64,000 nt of DNA from Escherichia coli (GTDB lineage: Bacteria; Pseudomonadota; Gammaproteobacteria; Enterobacterales; Enterobacteriaceae), in assembly GCF_011045215.1 (NCBI RefSeq), contig NZ_CP049201.1; one strand, given 5' to 3'. The notes beneath the pieces were generated by a model. It did not search any database, was not told the DNA's origin, and was given only the letters and a program-made list of their open reading frames with translations. Positions 55,494 to 64,000 of this stretch are shown here, piece by piece. The position numbers and the translations under genes are program-made. Each line of letters opens with the position of its first letter. Positions within the stretch are counted from its first letter, which is position 1.

Positions 55494-56696
55494 ATGCAAA
55501 GTGTTGATGTAGCCATTGTTGGCGGCGGCATGGTGGGGCTGGCGGTTGCCTGCGGCTTACAGGGTAGCGGCTTACGCGTTGCCGTACTGGAGCAGCGCGT
55601 ACCGGAACCTCTGGCGGCGGATGCACCACCACAACTGCGCGTTTCGGCTATCAATGCCGCCAGCGAAAAATTACTCACCCGTCTTGGCGTCTGGCAGGAC
55701 ATTCTCTCTCGTAGGGCCAGTTGCTATCACGGCATGGAAGTGTGGGACAAAGACAGTTTTGGTCACATTTCGTTTGACGATCAAAGCATGGGCTATAGCC
55801 ATCTTGGGCATATCGTTGAAAACTCAGTGATTCACTACGCGCTGTGGAACAAAGCGCATCAGTCGTCAGATATCACTCTGTTGGCCCCCGCAGAATTACA
55901 GCAGGTCGCCTGGGGAGAAAACGAAACCTTCCTGACGCTGAAAGATGGCAGCATGTTAACGGCGCGTCTGGTGATTGGTGCGGATGGCGCTAATTCCTGG
56001 TTGCGCAACAAAGCCGATATTCCGCTGACTTTCTGGGATTATCAGCATCACGCGCTGGTGGCGACCATTCGCACGGAAGAACCGCATGATGCGGTGGCGC
56101 GGCAGGTTTTCCACGGCGAAGGCATTCTGGCCTTTTTGCCGCTTAGCGATCCGCATCTTTGCTCGATTGTCTGGTCACTGTCGCCAGAGGAAGCGCAGCG
56201 GATGCAGCAGGCAAGTGAAGACGAATTTAATCGCGCGTTAAATATCGCTTTTGATAATCGCCTTGGCTTATGCAAGGTTGAGAGCGCGCGTCAGGTGTTC
56301 CCACTGACGGGGCGTTATGCGCGCCAGTTTGCCGCACACCGTCTGGCGCTGGTGGGCGACGCCGCGCATACCATTCACCCACTGGCGGGGCAGGGCGTTA
56401 ATCTCGGCTTTATGGACGCCGCAGAGCTGATTGCTGAACTGAAACGGTTGCATCGTCAGGGTAAAGACATCGGGCAGTACATTTACCTGCGCCGCTATGA
56501 ACGTAGCCGCAAGCACAGCGCGGCGCTGATGCTGGCTGGTATGCAGGGTTTTCGCGATCTCTTTTCCGGCGCTAATCCGGCGAAAAAACTGCTGCGCGAT
56601 ATTGGTCTTAAACTGGCTGATACACTCCCTGGCGTGAAGCCGCAGCTTATTCGTCAGGCAATGGGATTAAACGATTTGCCTGAGTGGCTGCGTTAA
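55494..56696 (+). CDS. ubiI: 2-octaprenylphenol hydroxylase (VisC; FAD monooxygenase)
   Basis: 400 aa; FAD motif VDVAIVGGGMVGLAVACGL; paralogue of ubiH. Confidence 0.88.
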   Translation: MQSVDVAIVGGGMVGLAVACGLQGSGLRVAVLEQRVPEPLAADAPPQLRVSAINAASEKLLTRLGVWQDILSRRASCYHGMEVWDKDSFGHISFDDQSMGYSHLGHIVENSVIHYALWNKAHQSSDITLLAPAELQQVAWGENETFLTLKDGSMLTARLVIGADGANSWLRNKADIPLTFWDYQHHALVATIRTEEPHDAVARQVFHGEGILAFLPLSDPHLCSIVWSLSPEEAQRMQQASEDEFNRALNIAFDNRLGLCKVESARQVFPLTGRYARQFAAHRLALVGDAAHTIHPLAGQGVNLGFMDAAELIAELKRLHRQGKDIGQYIYLRRYERSRKHSAALMLAGMQGFRDLFSGANPAKKLLRDIGLKLADTLPGVKPQLIRQAMGLNDLPEWLR

Positions 56697-56740
56697 AAAT
56701 TTCTCCTCTGTTGTTTATTTGATACCCATCACACTTTCAT

Positions 56741-56770
56741 CTCCCGGTTTTTTCGCCGGGAGATTTTCCT
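56741..56770 (+). terminator. Putative terminator after ubiI
   Basis: ctcccgg-ttttttcg-ccgggag followed by attttcc. Confidence 0.45.
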
Positions 56771-56779
56771 CATTTGAAA

Positions 56780-57120
56780 TAAACTAATTTCACCTCCGTT
56801 TTCGCATTATATTTTCTAATGCCATGATTTTTTGATTTAGTGTTTTTTGACATTTTTTTAGCTCTTAATATTGTCTTATTCAAATTAACTTTCTCATTAC
56901 ATCATCTTTGTATAGAAACTGGTGTATTTTTTGGTTTTTTATTCTGTCGCGATTTTTGCATTTTTTAACCATAAGCTAATGTGATGATCAATTTTACCTT
57001 ATGGTTAACAGTCTGTTTCGGTGGTAAGTTCAGGCAAAAGAGAACGATTGCGTTGGGGACCGGGAGTGGCTCCGATGCTGGGTTTCGTGGTGATAATTTC
57101 ACCATGAAAAGTTGTCAGCC
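56780..57120 (+). promoter_or_regulatory. gcvTHP promoter/regulatory region
   Basis: ~340 bp AT-rich upstream region with ctaat/attag-type half sites typical of GcvA-regulated promoters; individual sites not resolved. Confidence 0.45.
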
Positions 57121-57142
57121 CCGCTTATTCAATGAGGACAAG

Positions 57143-58237
57143 ATGGCACAACAGACTCCTTTGTACGAACAACACACGCTTTGCGGCGCTCGCATGGTGG
57201 ATTTCCACGGCTGGATGATGCCGTTGCATTACGGTTCGCAAATCGACGAACATCATGCGGTACGTACCGATGCCGGAATGTTTGATGTGTCGCATATGAC
57301 CATCGTCGATCTCCGCGGCAGCCGCACCCGGGAGTTTCTGCGTTATCTGCTGGCGAACGATGTGGCGAAGCTCACCAAAAGCGGCAAAGCCCTTTACTCG
57401 GGGATGTTGAATGCCTCTGGCGGTGTGATAGATGATCTCATCGTCTACTACTTTACTGAAGATTTCTTCCGCCTCGTTGTTAACTCCGCCACCCGCGAAA
57501 AAGACCTCTCCTGGATTACCCAACACGCTGAACCTTTCGGCATCGAAATTACCGTTCGTGATGACCTTTCCATGATCGCCGTACAAGGGCCGAATGCGCA
57601 GGCTAAAGCTGCCACACTGTTTAATGACGCCCAGCGTCAGGCGGTGGAAGGGATGAAACCGTTCTTTGGCGTGCAGGCGGGCGATCTGTTTATTGCCACC
57701 ACTGGTTATACCGGTGAAGCGGGCTACGAAATTGCGCTGCCCAATGAAAAAGCGGCGGATTTCTGGCGCGCGCTGGTGGAAGCGGGCGTTAAGCCATGCG
57801 GCCTGGGCGCGCGTGACACGCTGCGTCTGGAAGCGGGTATGAATCTTTATAGTCAGGAGATGGACGAAACCATCTCTCCTTTAGCCGCCAATATGGGCTG
57901 GACTATCGCCTGGGAACCGGCAGATCGTGACTTCATCGGTCGTGAAGCTCTGGAAGCGCAGCGTGAACATGGCACAGAAAAACTGGTTGGTCTGGTGATG
58001 ACCGAAAAAGGCGTGCTGCGTAATGAACTGCCGGTACGTTTTACCGATGCGCAGGGCAACCAGCATGAAGGCATTATCACCAGCGGGACTTTCTCCCCGA
58101 CGCTGGGTTACAGCATTGCGCTGGCGCGCGTGCCGGAAGGTATTGGTGAAACAGCGATTGTGCAAATTCGCAACCGTGAAATGCCGGTTAAAGTGACGAA
58201 ACCTGTTTTTGTGCGTAACGGCAAAGCCGTCGCGTGA
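57143..58237 (+). CDS. gcvT: Glycine cleavage system T protein (aminomethyltransferase)
   Basis: Start at [33 protein letters not shown] (364 aa). Confidence 0.95.
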
Positions 58238-58260
58238 TTTACTTTTTTGGAGATTGATTG

Positions 58261-58650
58261 ATGAGCAACGTACCAGCAGAACTGAAATACAGCAAAGAAC
58301 ACGAATGGCTGCGTAAAGAAGCCGACGGCACTTATACCGTTGGCATCACCGAACACGCTCAGGAGTTGTTGGGCGATATGGTGTTTGTTGACCTGCCGGA
58401 AGTAGGCGCAACGGTTAGCGCGGGCGATGACTGCGCGGTTGCTGAATCAGTAAAAGCGGCGTCAGACATTTATGCGCCAGTAAGCGGTGAAATCGTGGCG
58501 GTAAACGACGCACTGAGCGATTCCCCGGAACTGGTGAACAGCGAACCGTATGCAGGCGGCTGGATCTTTAAAATCAAAGCCAGCGATGAAAGCGAACTGG
58601 AATCACTGCTGGATGCGACCGCATACGAAGCATTGTTAGAAGACGAGTAA
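58261..58650 (+). CDS. gcvH: Glycine cleavage system H protein (lipoyl carrier)
   Basis: 129 aa, [34 protein letters not shown]; lipoyl-Lys region [15 protein letters not shown]. Confidence 0.95.
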
Positions 58651-58768
58651 CGGCTTTATTCCTCTTCTGCGGGAGAGGATCTGGGTGAGGAACATTCACG
58701 CCTCACCCTAACTCTCTTCGTAAGGAGAGAGGTTCACAATTCACTGCACGTTTCAGGAACCATCGCTC

Positions 58769-61642
58769 ATGACACAGACGTTAAGCCAGCTTGAAAATAG
58801 CGGCGCTTTTATTGAACGCCATATCGGACCGGACGCCGCGCAACAGCAAGAAATGCTGAATGCCGTTGGCGCGCAATCGTTAAACGCGCTGACCGGCCAG
58901 ATTGTACCGAAAGATATTCAGCTTGCGACCCCGCCGCAGGTTGGCGCACCGGCGACCGAATACGCCGCGCTGGCGGAACTCAAGGCTATTGCCAGTCGCA
59001 ATAAACGCTTCACGTCTTACATCGGCATGGGTTACACCGCCGTGCAGTTACCGTCGGTTATCCTGCGTAACATGCTGGAAAATCCGGGCTGGTATACCGC
59101 GTATACTCCGTATCAACCTGAAGTCTCGCAGGGCCGCCTTGAGGCACTGCTCAATTTCCAGCAGGTAACGCTGGATTTAACCGGGCTGGATATGGCCTCT
59201 GCTTCTCTTCTTGACGAAGCCACCGCTGCCGCCGAAGCAATGGCGATGGCGAAACGCGTCAGCAAACTGAAAAATGCCAACCGCTTCTTCGTGGCTTCTG
59301 ACGTTCATCCGCAAACGCTGGATGTGGTACGTACTCGTGCTGAAACCTTTGGTTTTGAAGTGATTGTCGATGATGCGCAAAAAGTGCTCGACCATCAGGA
59401 CGTCTTCGGCGTGCTGTTACAGCAGGTCGGTACTACTGGTGAAATTCACGACTACACTGCGCTTATCAGCGAACTGAAATCACGCAAAATTGTGGTCAGC
59501 GTCGCCGCCGATATTATGGCGCTGGTGCTGTTAACTGCGCCGGGTAAACAGGGCGCAGATATTGTCTTTGGTTCGGCGCAACGCTTCGGCGTGCCGATGG
59601 GCTACGGTGGCCCACACGCGGCATTCTTTGCGGCGAAAGATGAATACAAACGCTCAATGCCGGGCCGTATTATCGGTGTATCGAAAGATGCCGCGGGCAA
59701 TACCGCACTGCGCATGGCGATGCAGACTCGCGAGCAACATATTCGTCGTGAGAAAGCGAACTCCAACATTTGTACTTCCCAGGTGCTGCTGGCAAACATC
59801 GCCAGCCTGTATGCCGTTTATCACGGCCCGATTGGCCTGAAACGTATCGCTAACCGCATTCACCGTCTGACCGATATCCTGGCGGCAGGCCTGCAACAAA
59901 AAGGTCTGAAGCTGCGCCATGCGCACTATTTCGACACTCTGTGTGTGGAAGTGGCCGACAAGGCGGGCGTACTGGCGCGCGCCGAAGCGGCTGAAATCAA
60001 CCTGCGTAGCGATATCCTGAACGCGGTTGGGATCACCCTTGATGAAACCACCACGCGCGAAAACGTGATGCAGCTTTTCAGCGTACTACTGGGGGATAAT
60101 CACGGGCTGGACATCGACACGCTGGACAAAGACGTGGCTCACGACAGCCGCTCTATCCAGCCTGCGATGCTGCGCGACGACGAAATCCTCACCCATCCGG
60201 TGTTTAATCGCTACCACAGCGAAACCGAAATGATGCGCTATATGCACTCGCTGGAGTGTAAAGATCTGGCGCTGAATCAGGCGATGATCCCGCTGGGTTC
60301 CTGCACCATGAAACTGAACGCCGCCGCCGAGATGATCCCAATCACCTGGCCGGAATTTGCCGAACTGCATCCGTTCTGCCCGCCGGAGCAGGCCGAAGGT
60401 TATCAGCAGATGATTGCGCAGCTGGCTGACTGGCTGGTGAAACTGACCGGTTACGACGCCGTTTGTATGCAGCCGAACTCTGGCGCACAGGGCGAATACG
60501 CGGGCCTGTTGGCGATTCGTCATTATCATGAAAGCCGCAACGAAGGGCATCGCGATATCTGCCTGATCCCGGCTTCTGCGCACGGCACTAACCCTGCTTC
60601 TGCAAATATGGCAGGAATGCAGGTGGTGGTTGTGGCATGTGATAAAAACGGCAACATCGATCTGGCTGATCTGCGCGCGAAAGCGGAACAGGCGGGCGAT
60701 AACCTCTCCTGTATCATGGTGACCTATCCTTCCACCCACGGCGTGTATGAAGAAACGATCCGTGAAGTGTGTGAAGTCGTGCATCAGTTCGGCGGTCAGG
60801 TTTACCTTGATGGCGCGAACATGAACGCCCAGGTTGGCATCACCTCGCCGGGCTTTATTGGTGCGGACGTTTCACACCTTAACCTACATAAAACTTTCTG
60901 CATTCCGCACGGCGGTGGTGGGCCGGGTATGGGACCGATCGGTGTGAAAGCGCATCTGGCTCCGTTTGTACCGGGTCATAGCGTGGTGCAAATCGAAGGC
61001 ATGTTAACCCGTCAGGGCGCAGTTTCTGCGGCACCGTTCGGTAGCGCCTCTATCCTGCCAATCAGCTGGATGTACATCCGCATGATGGGCGCAGAAGGGC
61101 TGAAAAAAGCAAGCCAGGTGGCAATCCTCAACGCCAACTATATTGCCAGCCGCCTGCAGGATGCCTTCCCGGTGCTGTATACCGGTCGCGACGGTCGCGT
61201 GGCGCACGAATGTATTCTCGATATTCGCCCGCTGAAAGAAGAAACCGGCATCAGCGAGCTGGATATTGCCAAGCGCCTGATCGACTACGGTTTCCACGCG
61301 CCGACGATGTCGTTCCCGGTGGCGGGTACGCTGATGGTTGAACCGACTGAATCTGAAAGCAAAGTGGAACTGGATCGCTTTATCGACGCGATGCTGGCTA
61401 TCCGCGCAGAAATTGACCAGGTGAAAGCCGGTGTCTGGCCGCTGGAAGATAACCCGCTGGTGAACGCGCCGCACATTCAGAGCGAACTGGTCGCCGAGTG
61501 GGCGCATCCGTACAGCCGTGAAGTTGCGGTATTCCCGGCAGGCGTGGCAGACAAATACTGGCCGACAGTGAAACGTCTGGATGATGTTTACGGCGACCGT
61601 AACCTGTTCTGCTCCTGCGTACCGATTAGCGAATACCAGTAA
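58769..61642 (+). CDS. gcvP: Glycine dehydrogenase (decarboxylating), P protein
   Basis: 957 aa, [22 protein letters not shown]. Confidence 0.95.
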   Translation: MTQTLSQLENSGAFIERHIGPDAAQQQEMLNAVGAQSLNALTGQIVPKDIQLATPPQVGAPATEYAALAELKAIASRNKRFTSYIGMGYTAVQLPSVILRNMLENPGWYTAYTPYQPEVSQGRLEALLNFQQVTLDLTGLDMASASLLDEATAAAEAMAMAKRVSKLKNANRFFVASDVHPQTLDVVRTRAETFGFEVIVDDAQKVLDHQDVFGVLLQQVGTTGEIHDYTALISELKSRKIVVSVAADIMALVLLTAPGKQGADIVFGSAQRFGVPMGYGGPHAAFFAAKDEYKRSMPGRIIGVSKDAAGNTALRMAMQTREQHIRREKANSNICTSQVLLANIASLYAVYHGPIGLKRIANRIHRLTDILAAGLQQKGLKLRHAHYFDTLCVEVADKAGVLARAEAAEINLRSDILNAVGITLDETTTRENVMQLFSVLLGDNHGLDIDTLDKDVAHDSRSIQPAMLRDDEILTHPVFNRYHSETEMMRYMHSLECKDLALNQAMIPLGSCTMKLNAAAEMIPITWPEFAELHPFCPPEQAEGYQQMIAQLADWLVKLTGYDAVCMQPNSGAQGEYAGLLAIRHYHESRNEGHRDICLIPASAHGTNPASANMAGMQVVVVACDKNGNIDLADLRAKAEQAGDNLSCIMVTYPSTHGVYEETIREVCEVVHQFGGQVYLDGANMNAQVGITSPGFIGADVSHLNLHKTFCIPHGGGGPGMGPIGVKAHLAPFVPGHSVVQIEGMLTRQGAVSAAPFGSASILPISWMYIRMMGAEGLKKASQVAILNANYIASRLQDAFPVLYTGRDGRVAHECILDIRPLKEETGISELDIAKRLIDYGFHAPTMSFPVAGTLMVEPTESESKVELDRFIDAMLAIRAEIDQVKAGVWPLEDNPLVNAPHIQSELVAEWAHPYSREVAVFPAGVADKYWPTVKRLDDVYGDRNLFCSCVPISEYQ

Positions 61643-61664
61643 TTCACTGATTCGACTATCTTCT

Positions 61665-61686
61665 AAAGGCGCTTCGGCGCCTTTTT
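61665..61686 (+). terminator. gcvP rho-independent terminator
   Basis: aaaggcgc-ttcg-gcgccttt followed by ttt. Confidence 0.6.
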
Positions 61687-61765
61687 AGCTTGTTAATAAA
61701 GTGCGCTTTGTGTGTTTCGGCTGAGGCGTAATATAAAATCTTGCGAGCTCAATATATTAAAAGAG

Positions 61766-61797
61766 TGCCAGGCCTGATGAGCGTATCGCATCAGGCA
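61766..61797 (-). terminator. REP-like hairpin / probable bglA terminator
   Basis: gcctgatg-agcgtatcg-catcaggc palindrome downstream of bglA stop; U-rich on transcribed strand. Confidence 0.45.
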
Positions 61798-61807
61798 CAT
61801 CGGCTAA

Positions 61808-63268
<1,461 letters not shown>

Positions 63269-63285
63269 TTACAGGAAATAGTACC

Positions 63286-63597
63286 ATGCAGCCAAACGAC
63301 ATCACTTTTTTTCAACGTTTCCAGGATGACATTCTGGCTGGGCGTAAAACCATCACCATCCGCGACGAGTCTGAATCGCACTTCAAAACGGGTGATGTGC
63401 TTCGTGTCGGGCGTTTTGAAGATGACGGTTATTTTTGCACGATTGAAGTCACCGCAACCTCAACCGTAACGCTGGATACGCTGACGGAAAAACATGCAGA
63501 GCAGGAAAATATGACCCTGACTGAACTGAAAAAGGTCATTGCCGACATCTATCCCGGTCAGACACAGTTTTATGTGATTGAATTTAAATGTCTTTAA
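63286..63597 (+). CDS. yqfB: ASCH-domain protein YqfB
   Basis: 103 aa, [50 protein letters not shown]. Confidence 0.85.
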   Translation: MQPNDITFFQRFQDDILAGRKTITIRDESESHFKTGDVLRVGRFEDDGYFCTIEVTATSTVTLDTLTEKHAEQENMTLTELKKVIADIYPGQTQFYVIEFKCL

Positions 63598-63757
63598 ATT
63601 GAACTCACGCCTGTTAGTTGAAATTTCGCATTTAATTTCATGATTTTTAGGAGATTAGTCTCAAATCAGAATTTATTTTAGCTAACAGGTGTTCACTGGA
63701 ACTATTCTCAGTTACGCTGGAGAGGTATACATGTGCGTGTACGTTTCTCCGGAGTAA

Positions 63758-64000
<243 letters not shown>

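Overview
Enterobacterial (Escherichia coli-like) chromosomal segment running ansB -> yqfA, in reverse orientation to the K-12 map as I recall it. Gene content is mostly conserved housekeeping: yggM, hemW-rdgB-yggUTS, yggR, ruvX-yqgE-gshB-rsmE-endA-sprT, galP, metK, speA/speB, loiP, tktA, the cryptic cmtBA-yggPFDC cluster, epd-pgk-fbaA, mscS, argO, yggE, the scpA-argK-scpB-scpC (sbm) operon, argP, rpiA, serA, 6S RNA (ssrS)-ygfA, zapA, ygfB-pepP-ubiH-ubiI, gcvTHP, bglA, yqfB and yqfA. Calls rest on reading the supplied ORF translations and the sequence; no database search was run, and all K-12 comparisons are from memory. Three segments appear to be accessory insertions relative to K-12: (1) a DctPQM-type TRAP transporter operon between yggM and hemW; (2) an AT-rich lipoprotein gene between speA and speB; (3) a five-gene operon between yggC and epd encoding a PPC/DUF296-domain protein plus an ECF-type (energy-coupling factor) transporter, which is the most interesting candidate for an undescribed system. 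Other notable points: two tandem Ibs/Sib type I toxin-antitoxin repeats downstream of serA (the 19-aa toxin ORFs are absent from the ORF track), an in-frame amber codon splitting cmtA, and REP/BIME arrays that create spurious ORFs. No integrase, transposase, tRNA or CRISPR array was seen.
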